Positions 1-10,171 of a stretch of DNA of 38,455 nt are shown here, in pieces. Position numbers and translations under genes: made by a program. The notes under the pieces are model-generated. The model saw only the letters and a list, made by a program, of their open reading frames with translations, ran no database searches and had not been told where the DNA came from. The first letter of the stretch is position 1; the number at the start of each line of letters is the position of its first letter. The DNA is taken from assembly GCA_965369655.1 (NCBI GenBank), contig CBDUQR010000028.1:1-38455 (forward strand). Reading direction: 5' to 3'. Source of the DNA: an uncultured bacterium. Its GTDB lineage: Bacteria > Zixibacteria > MSB-5A5 > JAABVY01 > JAHJOQ01.

Positions 1-80
1 CAAAAATCGAATTCAATCCTGAATTCAGAGCTTGACTTTCAAGACAGTATCTACACTGTCTACCAAATCGAAGTATATGC

Positions 81-117
81 AAAAAGAAAGGGAGACGACC
101 TTTCGGATCGTCTCCCT
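81..117 (-). terminator. Rho-independent terminator of the C25 protease gene
   Basis: The minus strand reads AGGGAGACGATCC-GAAA-GGTCGTCTCCCT followed by TTCTTTTT, about 20 nt after the stop codon at 138. Confidence 0.85.
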
Positions 118-137
118 GTTGTTGCCATACAAATGGA

Positions 138-3100
138 CTATTTTATGGCATTCCCGGTTATGACATCAGGCTCAACCGGGGCAGCAAGCGGTGGGTCCTC
201 GCAGGGAGCCGGACCGCCGCCAAAAATGTAATTGATCAGGTAAACCGCGTCGTCGATATCGACTTCGCCGGAGCAATCTGCATCACCAACTTCAAGCGGA
301 GACGGCGGCGGACCACTGGCGAAGATGTACTCTATCAGATAGACAACATCATCGATGTCGATCTCCCCGGAGCCGTCGCAGTCGCCGATCAACAAGAACT
401 CCTCGACAGTGATCAGGACATTCAGCGTGTCTTCGAGCTGTGTATCCGACGCGATGAATCGAACAGTGTATTCACCCGCCTGAGTCTCATCCGGCGTGAA
501 ATCGAATGTACCCGTTCCGTCGCCGTTATCGAGGAACGAAGCGTTTGTGGGAGGCATATTCTCGGCGCGCAGAGATGGTGTTGTGCCATTGGGATCCGAT
601 GCCTCAACCAGCAGATTGAGATTCTCGGTTTCCATTATGGTCTGTGGACCAATCTCTACTATGACCGGGGGTTGGTTGGCCGACCCACCGATCGTCATCG
701 TGACCGGTATCAGCTCCTCCGGATTCAACGGATCATTCGAGAGTATCCCCACCTGACCGGTGTAGACGCCGTCATCGAGATCGCCCGCGTTGCAGAGCAC
801 ATCTATCGTGTCACTACTGAATGGAGCGACAGTACCCGATTCCGGACCGGCAGACAGCCAGGAACTGTTGGAGAACTGAATCGTCAGGTAGTCGTGCATG
901 TATGTGGCATTGTAGACAGTGGTGAGACCGTCATCACCGACGGAATTCTCGATACCGACAGTAGCGCCAGCCAGCCCGGCGTTATCGTCGCCCGGATCCA
1001 TCACGCCGTACTGCAGTACGATCCGACCCGTTTGATACAGTATCGCCTGGAAAGTCAGCGAACCGGTGCCAGTCGGATACTGGTAGTTCCTGATACCGAC
1101 GAAGCTGACGATAAATCGGTTGTTGGCGGCATCATGATAGTAGTAGACATTGCCCGCCTCGGGTGGATCAAGGTCGTCCCACCACATGGAGATCAAGTTG
1201 TTAGGCTCTGGCGCATACGGCAGGTTGGAGTTTTGAGTCGTGGTGTAACCCTGACCGAATGTCAGGTATCCGTTCGAGTTGATGAATATCTCATTGAATG
1301 CACTCTCATAGAACGGGAACATGATGCCCATCGTGACCGGACCGACCCAGTTGTCATCATCGAGTATGACTTCCGTGCCGACAGTGGATATGTCGATCCA
1401 TTCGTACGTCGGACCGCCCGGTTCGTCCGAATCGATCCATGTATAACCGTAATTGTCGGGACCGCCGCTGCCTTTGTCTGCAGGCGCGAAGTACGGTTCC
1501 TCGACCTCGCCCTTGTCCGAATCTCCGGCGCGATAGCCTATCGGCTCGCGGACACCGGATAGCGTGAGTCCATCTCCGCGCATCGACTTGCCGCCCGGTA
1601 TCATGGCCGACTGTTTGTCAAACATCGTGACGCCTACCTCGAAATGCAGCAATCCGGGACCATTGTTATTGATCACCAGCGGTGCAGTCTCCTGCCCACC
1701 CGGATTGACGTACACATCGACGGATGCCTGCGGTACTTCGAATACCGGTGCGTAAACATGCAGGCCGACTGTAATACTCCCTGTCGGATTCTCCGGATCG
1801 TTGCAGTTGTAATCGAGAGTACCGACATAGTCGCCCGGTCCAATGCCGTCAGCATTGACTGTGAACGGACAGGACAGGTGACCGCCTGGCGGCACATCGT
1901 AGTTCTCCGACGAGCACTCTATCCAGCTCTCAGACGGTACAAACTGGATGCTCAGGCTGCCAATGCCGGTGTTGTCGAGATCGATCTGATGCTCGGACGT
2001 CTCGCCTTCGACAAGGCTGTCACCATAAACCATCTGTTCGATTTCGAGAACCGGCGGATGTATATAGACATTGATCGGCACGCTTCCGGTCATGCTACCC
2101 GGTATGTTCGTCGTGTACTGTAGCGTTCCTGAATTCATGCCCGAGTTCATGCCGTCGGTATCGATCGTGAACTCGAAGTCCAGACTGTCGTCCGGCGGAA
2201 TGTAGTTGTTGTCAGTATTGCAGGAAAGCCACGGATCGCCCGGACTGAAACGAATCCTGAGAGTTCCGTCGCCCGTGCTCCTGACACGAATGGCGCGTTG
2301 GACCACTTCCCCCTCGATCAGGCTGTCGACGAACACCGCAGGCTCGAGTTCCATTGCGGGCGTACCGCCCGAACCCTGGAAGTAGCCTTTCAGTTCGATA
2401 TCGTCGATGTTCCAACCGCCCCGTGTCACTGAACCATCAGTGCCACCCATTCCGAACCTGATCTTGAATTCAGGATTGAAATCGGCATAAGTGGACAGAT
2501 CATAGAAGTCTTCGTTCCACGATGTCTCCTGGAATGTGCCACCATTTTCCCATAGCGTGATCCAGGTCGAGCCGTCCCAAACCTGGAAGTAAGCGTGGTC
2601 ATATGACGAGGACTCGACCCCTGTCCAGTGCCAGTAGCGCATTTCGATGCTGGTGTAATCGGAGCAGTCGATGTTTGGTGATGTGATCCACTGGGTACCT
2701 GAAATGTTGTCGTTGTAATCGCCGCCGATGTCGTTTCCAAGAACCTCATTGCCTTCTGTCGGGCTGTGATCGAGTCCCGGATCGTTGGTGCTCGAAACCG
2801 CTGGACCCATTTCCCATTCTGCGGTGCCAGCAAGACCGGTCCAGCCCTGATCGAATGCGAAGTCGTCGTAGAAGAAAGCGACGCGATCACCGACAGTGAT
2901 CATTAGGTTCAGCGTCTCTGAATATCCAAGATCGCCGGTCAGGTCAAGCTGCATTACAACAGCATAACCCATCGGAGCGCTAGCGTCGGCTGAGACTGTG
3001 AACACATCGCCTGCGCCGTCAGCCGTTCCGCCATCGGGTGTGATCGTTCCGTAGACCACGGCATCATCCGAGATCGACAGGAACGGATCGGACTCCGAAA

Positions 3101-5675
3101 GCGTACCATTGACATTGCCTGCCTGGCCGCTGCCGGAGTTCTCGAGAGTGACGACGATATTGCCGGTCTCTCCCGGATCGAGTATGCCGTTGTTGTTGCC
3201 GGTGGCATCATCGATCGTGATGGCGAGATGAGTTACGACTGGCGCATGTACTGTCATATTGAAATGACTCTGCCAGAGATCCTTCGCCGTCCCCGAAACA
3301 TCCAGATCAAACGTTATTACGTGACCGTCTGACGCATCGGATGAAACGTCAAACGAGAATGCGTTCGCGCTGTATGCTGTGCCGTTGTCACCCGGGATGT
3401 CGCCGTAAGATTCGGTGTCGTCGGTCAGAGTCACTCTGGCGTCGTCCGTGAATAGTGTAGCGTCAACGCTGTACGCCATATCCGGGCCGACGTTCTTGAC
3501 CTGCACGCCGAGAATGATACTCTCGCCTGCATCGATGTCACCGTTGTTATTGCCCGCAACGTCGTTGATATCGCTGTAATCGTAGATTACGTATGGTCCC
3601 GATGGTGTGATGACCTGAATCGTCGAGATATATGGCTGACGATTCTGACAACTCACCACGATATCAGCTGTTCCGGGAGCAGTAAACTCCGTGATCGGCA
3701 CATCAACCGTACCTGAAACGCCAATATACGCCGCGCCCTTGAGTTCACCGTCGATCGATATGCCGACATACGAACCGGGATCAGCGCTGACTGAGACAGT
3801 AGTCGATGTCATCAGGATAGCATCCGCATGCACGACCGGATTGACCAACGGAACACCCATGTAGCTTATGACGGATGGATCACCCATCAGGTGATATATC
3901 TCCCAATAATACTGCTCCTTCGATGAGCCGGCCTCGGTTACAGCGAGATTCCCGCGGTAAGCAATTGAGTAGTTTGTAACATAGTGATCGGTTACAGGCT
4001 CGCCATGATCGTGGAAGATGCCGTCAAAAGCACCAAGGCCAGTCCCTTCGTAAGTTGGATTTGCACTAACAGGCCCATAACCAACGCCCCACCAGTAATC
4101 TTCATCCCAGTATGTAGAGTTTGTGCCACCGATGAAACCGATGCCACCCTTGTTCGGCTCCTGCAGCCAGACCTCGCCGAAGCAGGGTGTGCTGTAGTCG
4201 TCGCCGAAAGTGTTCGGCAGGCAGCAGTTGCCAATGGCGAGCAGCCACATGTGATTGTTCGTCAGGTTCTGAATGTCGCTTGTTGTGAACGATGGATTGC
4301 CCATTCCTGTATGGCCGCAATGTGCGGAGTAGTTGTAAAATCCGATTCCATCATTGACTGTCTGAATAATTGCAGCTGAGGCACCAGGTTCCTCACATTC
4401 CGGATCGAGCCAGACGTGTGGTTCGATTCCGTGAGCGAGATTGAAATAGTATGTTGTACCATAGTTGATCTGACCGTTACCCCAGGTCGGGGCATGACTG
4501 GCGTCGACGCCTGCAACCAGTGTCACCTCATCGAGGTAGCTCGGGTCTGGCATCAGATACTGTTCATACTCAAGCGTCTTGTCGATCTGTGGCTGAAGCA
4601 GTGTCGTGTTCTGAGCCGAGAACCTGCCGAAGTAAATCTCCGGGAACCAGTCGCCCGTGAACTCGACGAACTTCATGTCGGTGATGTGCGACCCGGCTGA
4701 TCCGCTCCAGGCCTGAATCTGCTGATCATCGCCGACGAACAGCACGAATGACGGCTTCACGCCGGGTTCATTGTACAGGTCCTGAATCCAGCCTTTGATT
4801 GCCGACTGCGAAGTACCGATCACGTCGGTATAACCGACTACGACATCGAAACCCTTCTTGACTTTCCACGCGATGAACTGCTGCAATTGAGTTTCGAACA
4901 TAGGATCCGACACGATAACATACTTGATCGGGTAAGTGACAAGATCATCCTTGCCGCTGCTGTACAGAGACTTATCGTAATTGATAATCCTGTTGTATGC
5001 CGGAGCAAACACCGGCGAGTAGTACTCGCGATGCATATACTCAGTCTTTGCCCAATCCGCATTCAGATAGTCAATTCTGACCTCCACTCTGGTGTAGATC
5101 CTGAGTTTGTTCTCTGTTGGATTGTACTCGAACGGGCATGTGTAAACCTGTCCGAGGCGTACATTACGCATGGTGCCTTTGACTTTCGATTCCGCCAACG
5201 GAAGCGAATACCATCCAGGCTGCTCGTACAGATCGCGATCGTACTCGAACGGGACGAGATCGGGATCATCCGACTTTGAGAGCGATGGCTGTACGGGTAT
5301 CAATGGCAGAGTGATCCCATAATCGGTCAACGAGAACTCTTCGTATTCAGATTCAATAACGGTCGTCTGCAACTCGCATCCGAATGGAATCGAGAGCAGC
5401 TTGTTGGCCATCGGAAGATTCGGTTCGCCGATCTGATGCGACCGTGAAAAGTTCTCGACCGATAAAACAATAAAGTCGCCCTCTTTGGTGGCGACTTCGG
5501 TAAGCATAACTTCCCCGACTTCGAGACGCAGCGTCAGGCCGTCACGGTCCTGATCAAGAAGCGTCACACCGGACTGGGAATCGCTCAGTGTGATTGTCTG
5601 AGTTGCATGAGCGTTGCCGACAATCAGCGCGAACGCAAACGCAAATACCAGAAGTGCGGTGGCTGACTTTCTCAC
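138..5675 (-). CDS. Secreted gingipain-like (C25, Kgp-like) cysteine protease: propeptide, catalytic domain, Ig-like and beta-sandwich domains, one cadherin-like repeat, C-terminal dockerin
   Basis: Signal peptide (MRKSATALLVFAFAFALIVGNAHA). Kgp-like motifs YNYSAHC, LAIGNCC, TYWDEDYWWGVG and YYWEIYHLMGDPS. Duplicated Ca-binding dockerin loops GDCDGSGEIDIDD and GDADCSGEVDIDD at the C terminus. GTG at 5675 follows GGAGG and is preferred over 5687. Confidence 0.88.
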   Translation of the reverse strand: MRKSATALLVFAFAFALIVGNAHATQTITLSDSQSGVTLLDQDRDGLTLRLEVGEVMLTEVATKEGDFIVLSVENFSRSHQIGEPNLPMANKLLSIPFGCELQTTVIESEYEEFSLTDYGITLPLIPVQPSLSKSDDPDLVPFEYDRDLYEQPGWYSLPLAESKVKGTMRNVRLGQVYTCPFEYNPTENKLRIYTRVEVRIDYLNADWAKTEYMHREYYSPVFAPAYNRIINYDKSLYSSGKDDLVTYPIKYVIVSDPMFETQLQQFIAWKVKKGFDVVVGYTDVIGTSQSAIKGWIQDLYNEPGVKPSFVLFVGDDQQIQAWSGSAGSHITDMKFVEFTGDWFPEIYFGRFSAQNTTLLQPQIDKTLEYEQYLMPDPSYLDEVTLVAGVDASHAPTWGNGQINYGTTYYFNLAHGIEPHVWLDPECEEPGASAAIIQTVNDGIGFYNYSAHCGHTGMGNPSFTTSDIQNLTNNHMWLLAIGNCCLPNTFGDDYSTPCFGEVWLQEPNKGGIGFIGGTNSTYWDEDYWWGVGYGPVSANPTYEGTGLGAFDGIFHDHGEPVTDHYVTNYSIAYRGNLAVTEAGSSKEQYYWEIYHLMGDPSVISYMGVPLVNPVVHADAILMTSTTVSVSADPGSYVGISIDGELKGAAYIGVSGTVDVPITEFTAPGTADIVVSCQNRQPYISTIQVITPSGPYVIYDYSDINDVAGNNNGDIDAGESIILGVQVKNVGPDMAYSVDATLFTDDARVTLTDDTESYGDIPGDNGTAYSANAFSFDVSSDASDGHVITFDLDVSGTAKDLWQSHFNMTVHAPVVTHLAITIDDATGNNNGILDPGETGNIVVTLENSGSGQAGNVNGTLSESDPFLSISDDAVVYGTITPDGGTADGAGDVFTVSADASAPMGYAVVMQLDLTGDLGYSETLNLMITVGDRVAFFYDDFAFDQGWTGLAGTAEWEMGPAVSSTNDPGLDHSPTEGNEVLGNDIGGDYNDNISGTQWITSPNIDCSDYTSIEMRYWHWTGVESSSYDHAYFQVWDGSTWITLWENGGTFQETSWNEDFYDLSTYADFNPEFKIRFGMGGTDGSVTRGGWNIDDIELKGYFQGSGGTPAMELEPAVFVDSLIEGEVVQRAIRVRSTGDGTLRIRFSPGDPWLSCNTDNNYIPPDDSLDFEFTIDTDGMNSGMNSGTLQYTTNIPGSMTGSVPINVYIHPPVLEIEQMVYGDSLVEGETSEHQIDLDNTGIGSLSIQFVPSESWIECSSENYDVPPGGHLSCPFTVNADGIGPGDYVGTLDYNCNDPENPTGSITVGLHVYAPVFEVPQASVDVYVNPGGQETAPLVINNNGPGLLHFEVGVTMFDKQSAMIPGGKSMRGDGLTLSGVREPIGYRAGDSDKGEVEEPYFAPADKGSGGPDNYGYTWIDSDEPGGPTYEWIDISTVGTEVILDDDNWVGPVTMGIMFPFYESAFNEIFINSNGYLTFGQGYTTTQNSNLPYAPEPNNLISMWWDDLDPPEAGNVYYYHDAANNRFIVSFVGIRNYQYPTGTGSLTFQAILYQTGRIVLQYGVMDPGDDNAGLAGATVGIENSVGDDGLTTVYNATYMHDYLTIQFSNSSWLSAGPESGTVAPFSSDTIDVLCNAGDLDDGVYTGQVGILSNDPLNPEELIPVTMTIGGSANQPPVIVEIGPQTIMETENLNLLVEASDPNGTTPSLRAENMPPTNASFLDNGDGTGTFDFTPDETQAGEYTVRFIASDTQLEDTLNVLITVEEFLLIGDCDGSGEIDIDDVVYLIEYIFASGPPPSPLEVGDADCSGEVDIDDAVYLINYIFGGGPAPCEDPPLAAPVEPDVITGNAIK

Positions 5676-5916
5676 TTCTCCCTCCACATAGTAATAGTGT
5701 TGCTGTTATGTCTGTTCTTATTTCTCAAATTTGAGCACCATCCATCAGCAAGGTGAGGACAGCACGGATATGACCGCGAAAACGCAGATTCCTTTTATTA
5801 TAAGCACAAATCTCAGAAAAGAAAGCGAAATTTTGACTATTTCACCTATTTTGGAGTAATATAGTCGATTATGTGAAGTAATTGATCCGTATTCGATTGC
5901 TGACGGGGTAAAGTAA

Positions 5917-6717
5917 TCAGCCTCCGATCTTCGTGTAGTCGATCTCGGAACCGAGAACGCTATGAGGTATGAGATATACCAAAAATGTAACGACTGATGC
6001 TGCAATAATCCATCCGCGTCCCTCCCCGCGCTTGCGGGCACGATACAACGCCACTATCCAGAAGATGAAAGCGACGAGTATCTTGTTGTCGGTCAGATCA
6101 TGTCCGAACGGCCAGCCTGTCCAGAAAGCTCCGAATGCGTATTTCTGCACTATAGGACCGAAGATCATGCCTCCGACCAGGAAAAAGCCGGATGTCCAGA
6201 GAGTCAGGACGAAAGCTCTTGGCCGCCCTGCCACTGCCTCGATACAGGTGCGGGTCGACAGCAGCATCGCGATGAACATGAAGAATATATGAGGATACAG
6301 CGCCAGTTTTGGTACCGGACCTTTGAATCGAATGATGACTGGTTCATCGGTCAACTTGTGTCGAACGCCGTTCTCGTCGATCAATGTGACATTGTACATC
6401 ACCTTGCCGGCTGAGGGTTGCTTCGGGATTCCAAAAACCAGCGCATCGCCATCACGAGGCAACGGCTCGGTCGTCCACGGATCATAGCTCTTGAATCTTT
6501 TCCACCTGATCTCACCTGTGACATTCTCGGGGACCTCTATGCTGATCTCGGCGTCGGATGTCGTATCGTGCGTACGAAGCAGTTTGTACTTTATCGTCTC
6601 TCCAGCTATCTCGACATTGCCGCGCTTCGGATAAGTCGGACCGGTCATGCGTTGATAGACAACCGATGCGAGAGTGATAACAGCAGCGAGTATCCAGATC
6701 AGTACAGTCCGAGTCAC
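5917..6717 (-). CDS. Hypothetical membrane protein (N-terminal TM, soluble domain, about 4 C-terminal TMs)
   Basis: 266-aa ORF with hydrophobic segments and a WTGWPFGHDLTDNK motif; GGAGG upstream of the GTG start. Confidence 0.75.
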   Translation of the reverse strand: MTRTVLIWILAAVITLASVVYQRMTGPTYPKRGNVEIAGETIKYKLLRTHDTTSDAEISIEVPENVTGEIRWKRFKSYDPWTTEPLPRDGDALVFGIPKQPSAGKVMYNVTLIDENGVRHKLTDEPVIIRFKGPVPKLALYPHIFFMFIAMLLSTRTCIEAVAGRPRAFVLTLWTSGFFLVGGMIFGPIVQKYAFGAFWTGWPFGHDLTDNKILVAFIFWIVALYRARKRGEGRGWIIAASVVTFLVYLIPHSVLGSEIDYTKIGG

Positions 6718-6751
6718 AGGTAAAGCCTCCGATGCGATTTGCAGTCAGTCA

Positions 6752-6838
6752 GTAGGTCACGCCAACCTTGGGCGTGACGAATGAAACATCAGGCTCCCCT
6801 TCGTCAAACTCAGGACAAGGCAAGTGGGCATGACCTAA
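6752..6838. repeat. Inverted REP doublet (GTAG-type); second REP carries a 23-nt insert at 6797-6819
   Basis: GTAG-GTCACGCC-N7-GGCGTGAC, then an opposite-facing REP whose hairpin is restored if CCCTTCGTCAAACTCAGGACAAG is removed. Confidence 0.7.
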
Positions 6839-6893
6839 TTATGGGACAACCTCTCGATATCTGCCGAGATATTTCGTGGACGGCAGATGTCCA

Positions 6894-7092
6894 GAGGTTG
6901 TTCCAAAAAACATAAAAGGTAGGTGATCATGCTTGCGAAAGAAAATACTGTCATTCCCGCGCAGGCGGGAATCTATTGAATGCGTGATTGTTAAATAGAC
7001 TCCCGTGGTATCCTGAGCAAAGCGAAGGGCCTTCGCGGGAGCGACAGAGTCAGCTTCCCGCTTGAGTTGATCAGTACTTATTGGACAACCTC
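6894..7092. mobile_element. IS1182-like MITE (199 bp) with an internal GTCATTCCCGC-type REP doublet
   Basis: Imperfect TIRs GAGGTTGTTCCAAAA and TTATTGGACAACCTC; 4-bp direct repeat TCCA at 6890-6893 and 7093-7096; internal doublet at 6950-7045. Confidence 0.7.
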
Positions 7093-7298
7093 TCCACATC
7101 TATCGCAATATAAAACGAATCAGACCACGAACGTCAACATATTAAGATGAAATAGCACCCATATTATGATCCCATCAGAACCGTGAATCCGGTTGACTTG
7201 CTTGGATGTAGACGGTAGATTAAGCTCTGGGAGAATTTGCATACAAGCAATCCTATCAGTCGATTTTGACACATGAGAGATAGAAAGGTAAATATCAG

Positions 7299-7937
7299 GT
7301 GTTCAGCCAACTCATGTCAGCAGTAAATACCTATTTTGAACTCTTGAGCTACGTTGCGGTAATCGTTGCCGCTGGCGTAGCGATTTGGGGAATCTGGGCA
7401 TGGAAGCGGGAATTCGTGGGCAAACGGAGAATAGAATTGGCCGAAGACGTGTTAGCCCTTTTCTACGAAGCAAGAGACGCAATTAGAGCGATTCGCTGTA
7501 TTAAGATTTATGACAATGAAGGTGACTCGTACGACCCTCATGAATCCGAATCTCCCGAAGAAATCAAGATTAACCAAGATGCATTTGTTACTTATGAAAG
7601 AGATCAGAAGTACCAAAAATGCTTTGGGAAGATATGGGCAGTACGCTACCGTTTCGCTGCCTACTTCGGCAAAGATAAGAAAAAACCAATAGATGATCTC
7701 TTGCGGATAAGACTGGATATTCTACGGGCTGCGAACAAAATGGCGAGGCTCCAAAAAGCTATTCGACGGATATCCGGAGACAAAAAGCAAGAGAAGGAAT
7801 TGGGTGGAAAAATGGATGAGCAGAAACTCATCTTGGCCGGTGATGGTGATGAGGATGATCCGATCGAACCAAGAATCCTTGAAGTAAAGACGGCAATTGA
7901 GAGTACCTGCAGAGAAGTTATCGGTAACACAAAGTGA
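7299..7937 (+). CDS. Hypothetical protein with N-terminal TM helix and helical soluble domain
   Basis: 212-aa ORF, visibly AT-richer than its neighbours; TTGACT-17-TAGATT promoter-like motif near 7193-7221. Confidence 0.7.
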   Translation: MFSQLMSAVNTYFELLSYVAVIVAAGVAIWGIWAWKREFVGKRRIELAEDVLALFYEARDAIRAIRCIKIYDNEGDSYDPHESESPEEIKINQDAFVTYERDQKYQKCFGKIWAVRYRFAAYFGKDKKKPIDDLLRIRLDILRAANKMARLQKAIRRISGDKKQEKELGGKMDEQKLILAGDGDEDDPIEPRILEVKTAIESTCREVIGNTK

Positions 7938-8050
7938 AGTGGGTCTGGCCTACTTGAGGCTTAACCTACAATCTGCGGAAAGCCGGCTATGAAAGTGATT
8001 GGGGACAAATCGGGGACCTGTCGTTCGTGAGCGGATTTAGTGAATGAAGA

Positions 8051-8102
8051 TGTCAAGCCCCCCTTCGTCAGACTCAGGACAAGGCGAGTGAGCTTGAACT
8101 GC
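8051..8102 (-). repeat. REP-like hairpin with a 23-nt insert at 8061-8083
   Basis: Minus strand: GCAGTTCAAGCTCACTCGC[CTTGTCCTGAGTCTGACGAAGGG]GGGCTTGACA. Confidence 0.65.
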
Positions 8103-8120
8103 AATCCTGACTCATCTCCC

Positions 8121-8876
8121 CTACCTTTTTGCACGAGGTTTCCTGCCGATGATCCACATGTGTGCGCAGTCCCGTGTTACAGGTTCGTCTTTGGTTGATC
8201 CAAAACCCTCGACATCGACAAACCCTATAGACCTGAACATAGCAATCAGTTCGTGCAGCGAGTAGATCCGAAGCTGCATCGGACGTGAGACTTTCTCACC
8301 ATCTCTAACAAAATGCCAGATGCCTCTCATGGTCGATGACGTATAGTCAAATACGCGTTCCTCGCAGACCATCGTGCCTTCTGCGGCGAACCATCCCTTT
8401 GGCTGGAAATTGTGTGCAGCCCAGTCGCGGTTGAGCAGCACCATGATGAACCTGCCGCCAGGTTTGAGCGCCTGATACATTTTCCTGAGTACGAGTCTGT
8501 TGTCCGATTCCTTCTCGAAGAACCCGAACGATGTCCAGATATTGGCGGCACCGTCGAACTTATTCTCAAAGCTGATGCGCCGCATGTCCGCACACACAAG
8601 ATCGATCTTGAGATGGCGACGTTTCGCTTTCTTCGCCAACTCATCGAGATAATACTGCGCGAAATCGACACCGGTGACTCTTATTCCCATCTTAGCCATC
8701 GGCAGCGCAATCCTGCCGATACCGCACGGACAATCGAGGAATTTCTTTCCCGGTGTGAGTCCCAGTTTGCGGACGATGTAACGTACCTGTTCATTGGTCC
8801 TTTTCTGCGGAATCATTTCGAACACCGGACGAAACGCCGGAAAGAAATCATCCCACCAACCTGAATCCTTTGTCAA
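8121..8876 (-). CDS. Class I SAM-dependent methyltransferase
   Basis: Motif I FLDCPCGIGR, VTGVDF, ADMRRI, WTSFGFF and LKPGGRF; AAAGGAG RBS before the TTG start. Confidence 0.9.
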   Translation of the reverse strand: MTKDSGWWDDFFPAFRPVFEMIPQKRTNEQVRYIVRKLGLTPGKKFLDCPCGIGRIALPMAKMGIRVTGVDFAQYYLDELAKKAKRRHLKIDLVCADMRRISFENKFDGAANIWTSFGFFEKESDNRLVLRKMYQALKPGGRFIMVLLNRDWAAHNFQPKGWFAAEGTMVCEERVFDYTSSTMRGIWHFVRDGEKVSRPMQLRIYSLHELIAMFRSIGFVDVEGFGSTKDEPVTRDCAHMWIIGRKPRAKR

Positions 8877-8911
8877 ATGACAACTCCTTTATCGGATGGG
8901 GCAGACGAGGA

Positions 8912-9066
8912 GAGGCTGTCCCAAAAGGTCTGTTCTTCAGTAGGTCGGCGTTCCGCAGCAGGCGGAGCCTGCAAGAAACCCGACTGCTGATCAACAAGAT
9001 AGAAGTGTCGCGTTTCTTATCCTGCTCCGCAGGATTCGGAACACGACCTACTTTTGGGACAGCCTC
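8912..9066. mobile_element. IS1182-like MITE (155 bp) with an internal REP doublet
   Basis: Perfect 16-bp TIRs GAGGCTGTCCCAAAAG and CTTTTGGGACAGCCTC; AGGA duplication at 8908-8911 and 9067-9070; internal GTAGGTCG...CGACCTAC. Confidence 0.85.
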
Positions 9067-9268
9067 AGGACGCATGTCCTGAGCTTCGAGGGGTCTGCCG
9101 CCCACGTACTTAATATGCCATCGATAGGACAATATCAACAAGAAATTCTTTGACTTGAACGATCAATACTGTTATGGAACAGCTAAGCGTAGAGCATAAG
9201 GTACCGATGAAGAATATGAGATCTTTCATCGCGACTACATCCGGTCGCATGGTGAAAAGAATTGAATT

Positions 9269-10171
9269 ATGAGCAGAGGCAGATCGGAATTCAAAGTCGG
9301 GATAGTCGTATTCCTCGCCATTGTAATCTTCTTTGCCGGCATCATCTGGATCAAGGGTGTTCGGTTCGCGAGGGATTACAACACCGTCAGGGTCAGCTTC
9401 CCGAATGTTGGAGCTCTCAGGGAAGGTGATCCTGTTGCGGTATCGGGCGTCACGACAGGCAAAATCAAGATACTCGAATTGGTTTCCGGTCAGGTCATTG
9501 TCACATGCCTGATAGACAGGAATGTTTTCCTCGCCGATGATGCCAGCTTCACTGTCAAGAACATCGGCCTGATGGGAGAGCGGTTCCTGGAGATCTACGC
9601 CGGTTCGTCGGCGGTCGCACTCGACCTGGAGAAAGTGCACGAAGGGCGTTTTGACACGGGAATACCCGAAGTCATGGGGATGATGGGAGACATGGTTGCC
9701 GAGGTAAGGGCGTTAGTGAATCTGATAGGCCGCACTGTGGCCTCGCCCGGCACTCTCAATGAATTACAGGAAACCATTTCGCAATTGCACCAGATTACAG
9801 TCGACATCGGAGAACTTGTCAGCGAGTCGAAAGAGGACTACAAGAGTTCGCTCGCGGCAATCGAGACCGCATCGAAGAGCATCAGCGACTTCGTCGAGAG
9901 CAACAGGGCCGGTGCGGACAGCGCGGTATCGGATTTTTCACAGGCTGCGGCCAAGCTGAGCGCTATCGCCGACAATCTTGACACGCTGGCTTCGAGCCTT
10001 CAGATATTTGCCGATAAGATAAACTCCGAAGAGGGAACGCTCGGGCTGCTCGCCTCCGATGAGAGTCTGTATCAGGATGTCAAGAAAACGGTCAGGGAAC
10101 TCGACAAGCTGGTCGAGGACATCAGAGCCAATCCCAAGAAGTACCTGAAAATGGAGTTCAAACTTTTCTGA
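9269..10171 (+). CDS. MlaD/MCE family protein
   Basis: N-terminal TM (EFKVGIVVFLAI), MCE motifs GALREGDPVAVSGV and GLMGERFLEI, helical region, GTLGLL..DESLY and DIRANPKKY tail. Confidence 0.9.
   Translation: MSRGRSEFKVGIVVFLAIVIFFAGIIWIKGVRFARDYNTVRVSFPNVGALREGDPVAVSGVTTGKIKILELVSGQVIVTCLIDRNVFLADDASFTVKNIGLMGERFLEIYAGSSAVALDLEKVHEGRFDTGIPEVMGMMGDMVAEVRALVNLIGRTVASPGTLNELQETISQLHQITVDIGELVSESKEDYKSSLAAIETASKSISDFVESNRAGADSAVSDFSQAAAKLSAIADNLDTLASSLQIFADKINSEEGTLGLLASDESLYQDVKKTVRELDKLVEDIRANPKKYLKMEFKLF

Noticed and set aside
422-5279. Many overlapping and antisense ORFs within the C25 gene (similarly 29139-30338, 23007-23816, 16971-18425)
   Set aside because: They are shadow frames of genes with clear family motifs and have no independent features.
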